Shown: piece by piece, positions 20,667-32,002 of the stretch
Position numbering within the stretch: the stretch's first letter is position 1
Layout of the letters: each line of letters begins with the position of its first letter
DNA from: an uncultured Chloroflexia bacterium
GTDB lineage: Bacteria > Chloroflexota > UBA6077 > JACCZL01
Reading direction: 5' to 3'
DNA length: 64,000 nt
NCBI GenBank assembly: GCA_963765765.1
Contig: CAVXYC010000001.1
Coordinates: 96,001-160,000 of the forward strand
The notes under the pieces: generated by a model
Databases searched by the model: none
Told to the model about the DNA's origin: nothing
The model's input: the letters and a program-made list of their open reading frames with translations, nothing else
Translations under genes and position numbers: made by a program

Positions 20667-22262
20667 ATGCAACTTTCTCAGCTTGTTCAGACTATCGAGA
20701 CCGTTCGGACGGTCGGCCCGTTGGAGCGTCCCGCTCGTGATGTGGTGTACGACAGCCGGCGGGTCCAGCGGAATGATGTCTTCGTCACAATAGCTGGAAA
20801 ACGGTACGACGGTGCCGCGTACGTGGGCGAGGCCGCGCGTCGCGGAGCCACGGCGATTGTGACGGAGAGGAGTGACATCGAGCCTCCGCCCGGCCTGACC
20901 CTCTTGCAGGTTCAAGATACGCGTCGAGCGTTGGCACTTCTATCTGCCGAGCGCTGGGGTCAGCCCAGCCGTCGGTTGGGCATCGTAGGCGTCACGGGTA
21001 CGGATGGCAAGACGACGACCTCCACCCTTACCGCAGAGATCTTAGACGCCGCGGGCGACCGGGCCGGTCTATGGAGCACAGTTGAAATTCGGGGCAGAAA
21101 GCGGAGACTCAATCCGGATCATCGCACGACGCCGGAGGCGCCTGAGCTTCAGGCACACCTGGCCGATGTAGTGAGCGCTGGCTACGGTTGGGCGGTGATC
21201 GAGATGAGCTCGCATGGTCTGGCGCAGGAGCGGGCGGACGGTTGCGAGATCGACGTTGCGGTGAGCACGAACGTCAGTCCAGAGCATCTTGACTTTCACG
21301 GTACGCTCGAAGCGTATCGGGCGGCCAAGGCTCGGCTCTTCGAGCTCGTGGCGCCCGGTGTTGGCCCATTCGGGCGCCGATTTGGCGTAGTCAACGCGGA
21401 TGATCCGAGTGCTGAGTACTTCGCACGAGCCTGCTCCGCTGACGTTCTGACGTATGGCATCGAACAACGAGCCGATGTTTGCGCCCGAGATATCCGTACG
21501 GGGCTGAGCGAGACATCGTTCTGGATCGAAAGCCCGATTGGCTCACATCGCATGACAACCACTCTGGTCGGGCGGTTTAACATCTATAACTGGCTAGCGG
21601 CGGTCACCGTGGCAATCGGCCGGGGGTATGGCTGGGACGTGATAGATCGCGCCGCCCGTTTGGCCACGCCAGTTCCGGGGAGGGTCCAACAGGTTCAAGC
21701 CGGCCAGGACTTCACCGTGCTGGTGGACTTCGCTCACACGCCGCGTGCGCTGGCCGCGGTGCTCAGCGATTGTCGTCGCTGGACAAATGGTCGCGTTATC
21801 GTTGTTTTTGGGCACCCCGGCGAGCGCTACCAAGAAAATCGGTCGAAACTCGGTGAAGCAGCGATACGTGGCGCCGATCTGGCAATCGTCACGAGTGATG
21901 ACTCCTACGGGGAAGAGCCTGAGGGCATCATCCGAGACATTGTTGCTGGTGCCTGCGCGGATGGCGCGATCGACGGGAACGATTTCCTCGTAATTCCGGA
22001 CCGTTACCGTGCCATCCGGAGAGCTGTCTACTCCGCCAACAGGGGAGACCTTGTACTGATTGCGGGGCGCGGCAATTTGAGCTACCAGGAGGCTGGTGCG
22101 ATTCGCCGGCCGTTTGATGACGTGTCCGTCGCCCACGGACTGGTGAGCGAGCGCCTACTGGCATCGCGCCGATTCTCACCCTTGACTCCCGAGGAAGGGA
22201 CGCTAAGTTCGAAGCAGTCAGGATCGTGCCAGAGCCCCTCGGCAGCAAACGCCTCGCGTTGA
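20667..22262 (+). CDS. murE: MurE-family Mur ligase (divergent specificity loop)
   Basis: DSRRV, GVTGTDGKTTT, TTPEA, EMSSHGL, TNVSPEHLDFH, VPGR, VDFAHTP. The DNPR position reads DDSY. Confidence 0.8.
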   Translation: MQLSQLVQTIETVRTVGPLERPARDVVYDSRRVQRNDVFVTIAGKRYDGAAYVGEAARRGATAIVTERSDIEPPPGLTLLQVQDTRRALALLSAERWGQPSRRLGIVGVTGTDGKTTTSTLTAEILDAAGDRAGLWSTVEIRGRKRRLNPDHRTTPEAPELQAHLADVVSAGYGWAVIEMSSHGLAQERADGCEIDVAVSTNVSPEHLDFHGTLEAYRAAKARLFELVAPGVGPFGRRFGVVNADDPSAEYFARACSADVLTYGIEQRADVCARDIRTGLSETSFWIESPIGSHRMTTTLVGRFNIYNWLAAVTVAIGRGYGWDVIDRAARLATPVPGRVQQVQAGQDFTVLVDFAHTPRALAAVLSDCRRWTNGRVIVVFGHPGERYQENRSKLGEAAIRGADLAIVTSDDSYGEEPEGIIRDIVAGACADGAIDGNDFLVIPDRYRAIRRAVYSANRGDLVLIAGRGNLSYQEAGAIRRPFDDVSVAHGLVSERLLASRRFSPLTPEEGTLSSKQSGSCQSPSAANASR

Positions 22263-22263
22263 A

Positions 22264-22807
22264 TCACGATGTTGACCAGCCCAGACGTTGCTGTGGAGGA
22301 TTGCAGGCCGCCACGGCGTCCTGGCACGTCCACGAGCTCAATAATTCCTGGGCCAGTGTGAATGCCTGAAGCGGCGTACTCAGCGGCGCGTGGGTGCGCG
22401 CATTGAGTGCCCGCGGCATTGAAGGCCTCACGCTGAAGTCCGGTCCAGTAACCACCTTCTACATATGTACAGAGGGTGGGCTCAATGGCAGGATCACTGG
22501 CACTGCGCTCCTGTGCCCACTGGAGCCCGCTCGTGACTTGCTGAAGGTCAGATGACGTACGAGCATGCGCGTCGGCCTTGAGCCATTGCACTTCGACAGC
22601 CGATGGCGCGCCGTTTGTCCGCGTGATGAGCGTGGCCAGGACCGTGTGGGCACGAAAGGCAACACCGTCGCGCTTGACGAAGGCGGTCACTGTTGAGGGC
22701 GCCTGGATGCCGATACGATGCTGGACCTCGGTCATATCGATGGGGCGCGCACGAACGCGATTCCATGCGCCCTGAGCCAGCACACTGGCCAGAATGCCGC
22801 CCATCAT
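22264..22807 (-). CDS. Hypothetical protein, boundaries uncertain
   Basis: Long open frame filling the murE-leuS gap with a hydrophobic N-terminus; no recognised motif. Confidence 0.3.
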
Positions 22808-23098
22808 GAGAGTGAGCAGGCCACCAATAACAACTCAGCGCCCCACAGGCATACCTTTAGCATCGACGATCGGCACAATCATGTCGCGGATTCTCAGACG
22901 GATGATTGCGCGTAGCTTGCGGTATCCTTAACTGGATCAGACTCTGTTCGGTTGCGTTGGGCATTATTCTGCGCGCGACTGGAGGCGTCGTACCGGCATC
23001 GATTAAGAGCCGCGAGCGCAAGACTCTGAATCACCGGGGCCTTCGTCTTGAGCAGGGGAGGTCCTTATTTGACCCTTTCGTCGAAGGAGAAAACACTG

Positions 23099-25536
23099 AT
23101 GCCGGAACGGTACGAGCCCACCGCGATCGAGCCAAAATGGCAGGCTCGCTGGGAGGCCGACCGGCTCTACGAAGCCCAGCCTGACCCCGAGCGCGAGAAG
23201 TACTACGCGCTGGTCATGTTTCCGTACACCTCGGGTGACCTGCACATCGGTCACTGGTACAACTTCGCCCTCGCGGACGCGCATGCCCGCTATAAGCGCA
23301 TGCGAGGCTTCAACGTGTTCATGCCCTTTGGCTTCGATGCATTTGGTCTACCGGCGGAGAACGCCGCGATCAAGTCGGGCATCCATCCGCATGAATGGAC
23401 CATTTCTAACATCCGACGTATGGAGGAGCAGGCGCGCCAGATCGGCGGCATGTATGACTGGTCCACCGAGCTCGCCACCTGCTTGCCCGACTACTACAAG
23501 TGGAATCAGTGGTTTTTCCTGCAGTTCTACAAACGCGGACTGGCGTACAGGCAAAAGGCGCCAGTCAACTGGTGCCCGTCCTGCAACACGGTTCTGGCGA
23601 ATGAACAGGTGGTCGATGGCCGCTGTGAGCGTTGCGAGACGCCCGTGGTTCGGCGCGACCTGGAGCAGTGGTTCTTCAAAATCACTCAATACGCCGATGA
23701 GCTGCTGAAGGACCTGGATACCATCGATTGGCCCGAGCGGGTCAAGACGATGCAGGAGCACTGGATCGGTCGCTCTGAGGGGGTGGAGTTCTCGCTGGAG
23801 GTAGCCGACGATCCCGATGAGAAGATCGACGTCTTCACCACCCGCGTGGACACGGTCTTCGGCATGACCTACGTGGTGCTGGCGCCCGAGCACCCGCTGG
23901 TGGACAAGCTGACCGCGCCCGATCGGCGCGAGGCCGTGAAAGCGTACCAGGACCAGGCGCGCCGCCAGTCTGAGATCGAGCGGCAGTCCACAGAGCGCGA
24001 GAAGACCGGCGTGGAGATCGGCGCTTACGCCATCAATCCAGCCAACGGCGAGCGCGTGTCCATCTGGATCGCCGACTACGTCCTGGTGACCTACGGCACG
24101 GGCGCGATCATGGCGGTACCGGCCAGTGACGAGCGCGACTTTGAGTTCGCGAAGCAGTTCAACCTGCCAATTCGCCCGGTCGTGGTCCCCGACGGTTGGG
24201 ACGGCCAGGAACTGTCCGAGCCGTACACGGCGCCCGGAACGATGGTCAACTCCGGCCAGTTCGACGGGATGCCGTCCACCGAGGGAAAGGTCAAGATCGC
24301 CGAGTGGTTCGAGCAGCGCGGCATCGGCCGCCGCACCACCAACTACCGCATCCGCGATTGGCTGATCTCGCGACAGCGCTACTGGGGCACGCCAATTCCC
24401 ATGGTCTATTGCGAGAAAGACGGCATCCAGCCGGTGCCCGAGGACCAACTCCCGGTCGTGCTGCCCGAAGACGCTGAGTTTCGTCCGACTGGTGAGTCCC
24501 CACTGACGCTACACGAGGGATTTGTCAGTACGACATGTCCCGTGTGTGGTGGACCGGCGAAGCGTGAGACCGACACGATGGACACTTTCGTGGACTCGTC
24601 GTGGTACTTCTTGCGCTACGTTTCGCCCAATCTTGACAAGCCGCCGGGGTTCGACGAGGAGAAGGCCCGATACTGGCTGCCCGTCGATCAGTACATGGGT
24701 GGTGTCGAGCATGCTGTCATGCATCTGCTGTACTCGCGGTTCTTCATCAAAGTACTGGCGGACATGGGGCTGATCGATTTCCGCGAGCCGTTCACGCGTC
24801 TCTACAACCAGGGCATCATCCTGGGACCTGACGGCTTGCGCATGAGCAAGAGCCGCGGCAATGTGATCAACCCGGATGAGTACGTGCAAACCAAGGGCGC
24901 GGACACGGTGCGCACGTACCTGATGTTCATCGGACCCTGGGACGCCGGCGGGCCCTGGAACCCGCAAGGCATCGGCGGTGTGGAGAAGTTTCTGGGCCGC
25001 GTCTGGCAGCTGGCAAGAGACAACGTCACAATACACTCAGGCGTGCAAGACGCGGCATTGCTCCGCGCGCTGCACCAGACGATTCGCGACGTGACGGACG
25101 ACTTCGAGAAATTCCGCTACAACACGATGCTGTCCAAGCTCATGACGCTGTCCAATACTATGAGCAAGCTGCGCGACCAAGTCTCCGCGGACGCCTGGAA
25201 TGAGACCGTGGACGGTCTGCTGCTCATGCTGGCGCCCAGTGCCCCGCACCTGACCGAGGAGTTGTGGTCATTACGCGGGCGGCCCTACAGCATCCACCAG
25301 CAGCCGTTCCCAACCTGGGACTCGGAGCTGGCGAAGGAAGACAGCATCACGCTGCCCGTGCAGATCAACGGCAAGGTCCGCGACACGATTCAGGTCCCCG
25401 CCGAGATTGCCAGAGACGAGGCACAGGTAAAGTCGCTGGTTCTGGAGCTTCCGAAGATCAAGGCCCAGCTCGACGGCAAGGAGATCGAGAAGTTCGTGTT
25501 CGTCCGGGGCGGCTGGTGGGGTTGGTGCTGCGCTAA
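23099..25536 (+). CDS. leuS: Leucine--tRNA ligase (terminal frameshift near 25505)
   Basis: MFPYTSGDLHIGH, GFDAFGLPAENAA, DWLISRQRYWG, GGVEHA, RMSKS, LPVQINGKVR. The true end ...PGRLVGLVLR* is in the alternate frame. Confidence 0.97.
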
Positions 25537-25667
25537 GAGTCGGCTTTACTTCCTGATTTGCAATAGGCGGAACCAGAAGCCGTCCCCAGAGCTTGACTCC
25601 GCACGCTCCTCGAAACAAGTGCGAACCTGGTACGTCTTCCGCTATTACCGGCACGTCCGAGTTGCCC

Positions 25668-26138
25668 TTACGAGCACACTCGAATGGAGTAAATCGTTAC
25701 GTAGCCCTCTAAAGCGGATCGACCGTAAATCTCTACAAGCGCTGCCTGAAGATCCGCGAGCGAAATAAACCCATCACGTCGCGCATCTGATTCCGATAGG
25801 CAAGAAAACGGCTTGACGATCATTCGGTCCACGTACACGGTGCCGACGTCATTGCCCTGCTCGGAGTTGAGTTCGTCAACTGACGTGAGATCCAGAAGTC
25901 GCTTCGCCGGATACTCGATGGCACCTCTCTTTACCCTGATGGTCGTGCATTTTCTACCCCTAAGCAACCAATCATAGTATCGAGCCTGAAGCCTAAAGCT
26001 ATCACGAGATACCAGTCTTGCTCGAGGGAAATTATCCTTTAGAGCACGAGAGATCTCCGAAACTGGGATGTTATCCAACTCGATAACCATATCGATGCCG
26101 CTATGCTCCGCTCTAATCTTGTTTGCCGCGGAATCCAT
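25668..26138 (-). CDS. ASCH (PUA-like) domain protein
   Basis: GRKCTTIR (GxKxxTxR) and DARRDGF..LADLQAAL..IY; low GC. Confidence 0.75.
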   Translation of the reverse strand: MDSAANKIRAEHSGIDMVIELDNIPVSEISRALKDNFPRARLVSRDSFRLQARYYDWLLRGRKCTTIRVKRGAIEYPAKRLLDLTSVDELNSEQGNDVGTVYVDRMIVKPFSCLSESDARRDGFISLADLQAALVEIYGRSALEGYVTIYSIRVCS

Positions 26139-26139
26139 C

Positions 26140-26330
26140 CTTCTGGCTCCAGATGAGTTATGTTTCGGCGAACTACGGCAAGGTTTCCAAGGATTAAAGC
26201 ATCAAGTTGTGTTTCATCCAATATTGCCAATGCATCCGACGGTGACTCCGCTATTGGTTCACTCTCTCTATTCAAAGAGGTATTAAGTAGAATTGGAATA
26301 CCCGCAATATTCCTGAAGCGCAGTAGCGAC
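26140..26330 (-). pseudogene. C-terminal fragment of a NodU/CmcH-family carbamoyltransferase
   Basis: GIPILLNTSLN...EPIAESP.DAL......LDALILG; the N-terminal bulk is absent. Confidence 0.7.
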
Positions 26331-27026
26331 GCGGGCGCGTATCGCATTCGACAAAGGCGCTCGGCGGCCAGCCTGGAATCACACTCGCCGACGCTGCCTG
26401 GCGCGGATTACGCGGGCCTAATCTGCTGCGACGAGGCCCGCGATCCAGAGCGGTCCCGGTACGACACCGCTCCGTATTCGCTATGTGAATTAAACTTCAG
26501 ATTGTGAATTGTTTAAGACAGCTTTAACTGCATCAATAGGTAATAGCTGAGTCAAGACCACAGCATGTATGTCCTGGTCTAAAGAGATGACACGCAATGT
26601 AATCCGTCGATTACTGCAATCTTGTGCATCATACTTAAGGTTCAGATGTACTGGAGAGTTGACGGGGAGGACTTTATGTAAGTATGCACATTGTCCAGTT
26701 GTTTAGTTCAACGACGCTTTCGAACCCAAAAAGCAGTGGGACTTAGCATATCCATTGCGCGCTGTGACTTCAACTGGTCTTAGGATTCCAAGTGCTCCGT
26801 TCGGTAGTCCGGCTTCTGGGTCTGCTATGCCAGTCGACCGATGGTATATATGCCCTGTCGCATCCGAGACCGCCAGCACGACGCGTGCCAGCAGTCCACC
26901 ATCCAGGTAATTCCGTGTGCGATAGGAGGCGGCGCTGTTGCGCTGTTACCCAGATGGAGTCGGCCAAACCGACTGATCGGGCTATCGATGCTCCACAATA
27001 CGGAAACGTATTCTCCCGGGGGACTC

Positions 27027-27412
27027 ATGCTCGCCGCCGTCACCTTCTCATCAATGCGCTTTCAGCCGGTTCTCCCTGAGGAGTGCCAGGTGAATCCTGG
27101 TCGCTACGGAGCGGAGCTGGCGTTCTGCCTATGCTGACAGCTCGCGCACGAAGGTGTCGTGACCTCGTATCCGAACTACAAAGACTGGGGGTGGTTCATC
27201 GAGTACACCACCACCGCGGGTGATGAGTTCTGGTTGTGCTCTGGCAACGTGGATGCACGACGGACGAGTGGCACTGCTTTCTCCAGGCGAAGGGCAAAGG
27301 GCTGTTCGGGCGCTCCCAGCCCTCGCCAGAGGAAGCGCAGCCCCTGATGGAGGCGCTGGCCCGCGTCCTCGAGACGGAATCCACGGTCCGCGATATTGAG
27401 TGGGATAGCTGA
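27027..27412 (+). pseudogene. Hypothetical protein with an in-frame TGA and a frameshift
   Basis: MLAAVTFSS...LPEECQVNPGRYGAELAF..*..TSYPNYKDWGWFIEY...EW; TGA at 27135. Confidence 0.45.
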
Positions 27413-27794
27413 TGTGGGACCCCACGTACAGCCACGGCCGATATGCGAACCGCCGAGTGTCTCGGGCTCCCTTGCCGACGGTCAGCGGTCACGGTACGGG
27501 ACCGTGCCGCACTCTATGACATACCCGCGACGAGACGGCGAGCGCCCCTGGTGACCGCGCGGCTGGCCGATGAAGCCGAACGCTTCACGGACCAAATGCG
27601 TGGCTTTGGCGCGCCATTACGGGACTTCTGACTTCGACTCGCGAGAGAGTGGCTCCGTGAAGAAAAGGAGTACATGCTGGAATTCGAGGCCCTTAATTTC
27701 GTGGACCTGGCTCAGGTGCACGTTTCGAGCATTGACGGAGTCGAGAAGCCCTTGCACTCATCGGAGAGACCGACATCGTCGTGGAGAACGGTCC

Positions 27795-29236
27795 TCACCG
27801 CCCCGCAATTAGCTCGTGCAGGATGTGGCCGAAGTCGGTGTTGTCGAGGTAGCCGCGGAAGCGTTCCGACGACGGGCCAAGCGCGCCTACCACGACCGGC
27901 TCGGCCGAGTGGCCACTGGTGCCCCAGTCAGACGCCGGTTCGGCGCGAGACCATCCGGCCGAGGGCGTTGGCTGTCGGGTAGATCGATTGTAGATCGAGC
28001 GTGCGCTGGGCCAGGATCGCCTGGCGCAGGTCGTCGTCCAGGCGGAAGCCGGGGAAGTGTTCCGCCAGCCTATGATCGAGCGCCTCAGACGTGGGCTGCG
28101 GGCCCAGCAGCTCAGCGGCCTTGGCGAACGACATCGAGATATTGGCAATCAACTCGAGATGCTCGGGTGCCGCGTAGAAGCGATTCGTGCTGGCGAGGGT
28201 ACTGGCGTCTTTCTGGGCATAGGTGATACTGAGGCCGCCGGTCTCGTGGTCGCCCGCCACGACCACGAGCGTTTCGGCCGGAGCGCCGTCCTGGAACGCG
28301 AGCGCCGAGCCGGACCGCCTCGTCGAACGCCCACAGGTCGCGGATCAGCGCCGCGGCGTCGTTGTTGTGGCCGGCTACGTCGGTGTTCTCGGTCTCGACC
28401 AGCAGTACGAACCCGTTGGGGCTCGCGTCGGACAGCACGCGTATGGCGGCCGCAGCCATCTGCGCCAACGATGGCTGCTCGGCGGGGTCGCGGTCCAGTT
28501 CGGAGTCCAGGTCGATGTCGGCAAACAGGCCGAGCAGGCGACCGCCCCCGGCGGCACTCAACTCGTCGGGCGTGGTCGCCACCTGGTAGCCGCGCTGCTG
28601 CAACTCGGTCAGCACATCTCGACCGTCGGTCCGCTTGCCGCCGAGAGCCTCCACCGGTAGGAAGTAGTCGCGACCACCGCCCAGCAGCACGTCCGGCTCG
28701 AGCGCGGCGAGCTGATCGACCAGGACCTGCGAGTCGCTGCGGTTCCTGGCGTGGACGCTAAATGCGGCCGGAGTGGCGTCGTATATCGTGGAGGTAGTGA
28801 CCAGCCCAATCCGCTTGCCGCTGGCCTTCGCAGCTTCCATCACCGTGGTGGGTGATTGGCCGTCCGGCGTCATGCCAATGGTGCCAATGGTCGTCTTCGA
28901 GCCGGTCGACATCGCACTACCGGCCGCGGCCGAGTCGGTTGCGATGGTCGTCGCAGCGTGGGTGGTCATGAGCCCGAAGGAACCCCGTCCAAAGACGGTA
29001 TCGGTCACGGCGAATGACTCGTCGCGCAGCTGTCGGCTGGCGTACCGGCCAAGCTCCCATTGGGCGGCGCCGGTGCCATCGGCGAACATGATGATGACGG
29101 TCTGCGGCAGGCTCGGTTCCTGGGCGCGCACGGTCGCCCCTGTCTCTCCGACCGAAGCGACTGTGAGCAGCACCAGAAGCGCGGACAGTGCCAGCCTTAC
29201 CAGGGTGAAGCGTCGGGTCCGTTCTATCTTCAACAT
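27795..29236 (-). CDS. Secreted alkaline phosphatase (PhoA-type), frameshifted
   Basis: Signal peptide, IIMFADG, TDSAAAGSAM (catalytic Ser), DATPAAF, DVAGHNND, DHETGG, WGTSGHS. Confidence 0.88.
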
Positions 29237-29372
29237 CTCTGGCTTTCCTTCCACGAGACCGACCCATCGTAGCCGTCTCGATGCGGCCAGTCTACTGTCT
29301 CGATCACGGAGAAGCTGTGCCATCCGGAACAGCGGGAGTGTTCCCCGGGGGACAGTTGAGCCCAGTCTGGTC

Positions 29373-29630
29373 CTACTTGAGCCGGAGGACGTTGTAGATG
29401 CGGGTGGGCTCGTAGAAGCCCTTCAGGTCGAGGCTGCCGACCAGCTCCGCCTCGACCAGTGTCTCACAGCGGGGTAGACCGGCTGAGTGACCAGCACCTG
29501 GCCGTCCCCGGCCTCGGAGGAGACACGGGCAGAACGGTTTTTGACCGGGCCGATCGCGGCATAGTTGTAGCGACCATCGAACCCAATCTGGCCGACATTT
29601 CGCGTAGCCCGGGTCGATACCGGCATTCGG
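29373..29630 (-). pseudogene. 3' remnant of a class III adenylate/guanylate cyclase
   Basis: GQIGFDGRYNYAAIGPVKNRSAR...LDLKGF...NVLRLK* mirrors the end of the 32003 gene. Confidence 0.7.
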
Positions 29631-30003
29631 TTGTGAATCGGCGCCATTAGCTCATTGAGCGTGGTCGTAATGACGGTCGCCGTCCCACCGGGATAGTGTT
29701 TCGTCGGCGGCTGATGCAGCCCGGATTCACGAGAGCGGGTAATGGGGTGGCGCGCGGGGTTGCCTCGACGCGTTGCTGGGCAGGTGTCTCCAAGGTGATC
29801 CCGGATCCGACACGCGCTTTCAGACAGCTCGGAAGCTCGCTGCCGCTCGCAACGTGCACCCGCAACAATTGGTGACTGACGTCGAGAGTCGTATCGCGTT
29901 GACTACGCAATCCGCGGGCTCCCTTGACAACGTTCAGCTATGACGGGACTATGCTGCGCTCTACAGCTGCGACGCGAGTGGCGCAGACCGGGGGGCCGCC
30001 CCG

Positions 30004-30260
30004 TTAATCCAGGTTGGTAACCCCGTCTAGGACTAACTCACGGAAGTGAGCGCCGACCGCGATCGGGGTGACCTGGTCCTTGGACGGGTCAGACCCCGCC
30101 TGGGTCCAGTGCTGGAATTCGAACTGCTGGGCGACAAAGGGGCCGAAGTTCTCCCGCGGCGAAACGGGGAGTCCGTATCGTTTGATGGCCGCGTCAATAC
30201 CCCAGCGTGCGTCCGGTGGCGCGAGGAACGCGGCTCGTTTAGGCGGGGTCGGTGAGCGAG
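30004..30260 (-). pseudogene. C-terminal fragment of a surface-protein-like domain (not in the ORF track)
   Basis: Start-less frame AFLAPP...AIKRYGLPVSPRENFGPFVAQQFEFQHW...VTPIAVG...stop at 30004. Confidence 0.4.
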
Positions 30261-30464
30261 CATATGAATCGTCCTGCCGATGTCCGGGCGGGGCTAAAAT
30301 CGTCAGCCTCGGAGCACGCGCCAGCCCTTATCGCGGCTGCCGAAAAGACGGACCAACCATTCTGTCCCCAGGGAGACAGTGCCGTTGTATTCCGTGAGAT
30401 ATGGGACGATGTCCCACGCGCCTACCATGGGACCTGAAAGCAGGAACCAATTGGAGGTCAGGAC

Positions 30465-31967
30465 ATGAACGTATATGGAGACCGACGATCTGCGACGGGG
30501 GCACTGGAGCCAGAGGTATCGCCGTGGTCGAAGGGAAGCCTTCTCAAGCAGCGCCGGACCAAGATCGTCGCGACACTCGGTCCGGCTTCGATCGATGCCG
30601 ACGTCATCGCGCGACTCATTAAGGCCGGCGTCGACGTCTTTCGACTCAACATGTCTCACGGCCATCATGAGAGTCATCGCACTGCCCACGAGCGGGTCCG
30701 AGCGGCGGCATCGCATCTCGGTAGGCCAGTTGCGATCCTGGCCGACCTCAGCGGACCCAAACTTCGGGTGGGCCAGTTCGCCGGTGGGAGTATCGAGCTG
30801 GTCGACGGACGCGCGGTAGTCGTTACGACGCGCCCTATCACGGGCGAACCGGGGCTGATCCCCTCACAGTATCAAGCCCTCGCCCAGGACGTGCGTCCTG
30901 GTGACCGTATTCTGCTCGACGATGGCCTCATGGAGTTGCGGGTCGAGTCGGTGGAGGGGACCGAAGTGGCGTGCACGATCGTGAACGGCGGCATCTTGAA
31001 GGACCGCAAGGGCATGAATCTGCCCGGCGTTAACGTCTCGGCGCCGGCCTTCACCGAGAAGGATCGCGAGGACGCGCGCTTTGCCCTAGAGATAGGGGTG
31101 GACTATATGGCTCTCTCGTTCGTGCGCCGCGCTTCCGACCTGGACGAACTGAAGGCGCTTATCGCGGCGGATGGCCGCCCAACGCACGTGATCGCCAAGA
31201 TCGAAAAGCCTGAGGCGCTAGAGGCCATGGACGAGATCATCGACAGGTGCGATGGCATCATGGTTGCCCGCGGTGACATGGGCGTGGAATTGCCGCCCGA
31301 GATCGTGCCGATCGCGCAACGCCAGCTCGTGGCCCGGGCGCGGGCAAAGAACAAGCCTGCCATCGTCGCCACACAGATGCTGGAATCTATGATCGAGCAT
31401 CCCCGGCCGACACGGGCCGAGGTCTCTGATGTCTCGACGGCCGTATTTAGCGGCGCGGATGCGGTGATGCTATCCGCCGAGACAGCGACTGGTGCATACC
31501 CTGTCCCCGCCGTGGAGATGATGGATCGAGTGGCTCGACAGGTCGAAGGGCGAATGTGGGACGAGGGAGCGTTCGGCTCCATTACCGCTCAAGATATCGT
31601 GTCACCCCCACTCCAGCTACAAGCCGCGTTTGGCCGCGCGATCGCCCAGCTCTCCCGCGACCTGAGCGTGCGGAGCATCGTGGTCCTGTCCCATAGTGGT
31701 GCCACGGCTCTAGCTGTGACCGCCGCCCGGCCAGCAGCGCCCATTCTCATGGTGTCCTCCGACGTGGGGACGTACCGCCGAGCGAATCTCCTCTGGGGCG
31801 CACTTCCCATCCACGCGGATGCCGACGATCTCCGTCATCCGCAAGCGTTCGCCCGAAAGCTCGTGGTGGGACTCGGCCTCGCCAGCCCAGATCAATACAT
31901 TCTGATGATCACGGGTTTCCGGGCCACCGCGGAAGCCGCCCCGACCGTCACGGCGTTACGTATCTGA
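30465..31967 (+). CDS. pyk: Pyruvate kinase
   Basis: RRTKIVATLGPAS, FRLNMSHG, DLSGPKLR, IAKIEK, IMVARGDMGVE, ATQMLESM, DAVMLSAET. Confidence 0.96.
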   Translation: MNVYGDRRSATGALEPEVSPWSKGSLLKQRRTKIVATLGPASIDADVIARLIKAGVDVFRLNMSHGHHESHRTAHERVRAAASHLGRPVAILADLSGPKLRVGQFAGGSIELVDGRAVVVTTRPITGEPGLIPSQYQALAQDVRPGDRILLDDGLMELRVESVEGTEVACTIVNGGILKDRKGMNLPGVNVSAPAFTEKDREDARFALEIGVDYMALSFVRRASDLDELKALIAADGRPTHVIAKIEKPEALEAMDEIIDRCDGIMVARGDMGVELPPEIVPIAQRQLVARARAKNKPAIVATQMLESMIEHPRPTRAEVSDVSTAVFSGADAVMLSAETATGAYPVPAVEMMDRVARQVEGRMWDEGAFGSITAQDIVSPPLQLQAAFGRAIAQLSRDLSVRSIVVLSHSGATALAVTAARPAAPILMVSSDVGTYRRANLLWGALPIHADADDLRHPQAFARKLVVGLGLASPDQYILMITGFRATAEAAPTVTALRI

Positions 31968-32002
31968 GCGGAGGTCCGGGGATTAGCGGGGCCGCATTGA
32001 GA

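Noticed and set aside
22900-23098. T-box riboswitch upstream of leuS
   Set aside because: No UGGNACC T-box bulge or recognisable stem I motifs. Kept only as an unclassified leader.
23348-24448. Long antisense ORFs (here and opposite SBP56, Crp, the nuclease and others)
   Set aside because: These are shadow frames expected from high-GC codon bias opposite well-supported genes.
25537-25768. C-terminal extension of LeuS shown in the ORF track
   Set aside because: It is an artefact of a frameshift near 25505; the normal end is at 25536, and the extension overlaps the ASCH gene.
27135-27137. In-frame TGA as possible selenocysteine
   Set aside because: No redox motif context or evident SECIS hairpin, and the gene has another frameshift. 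A nonsense change or read error is more likely.
29924-29955. Sigma70-like promoter TTGACA...TATGCT
   Set aside because: The 20-bp spacing is non-canonical and there is no clear downstream gene.
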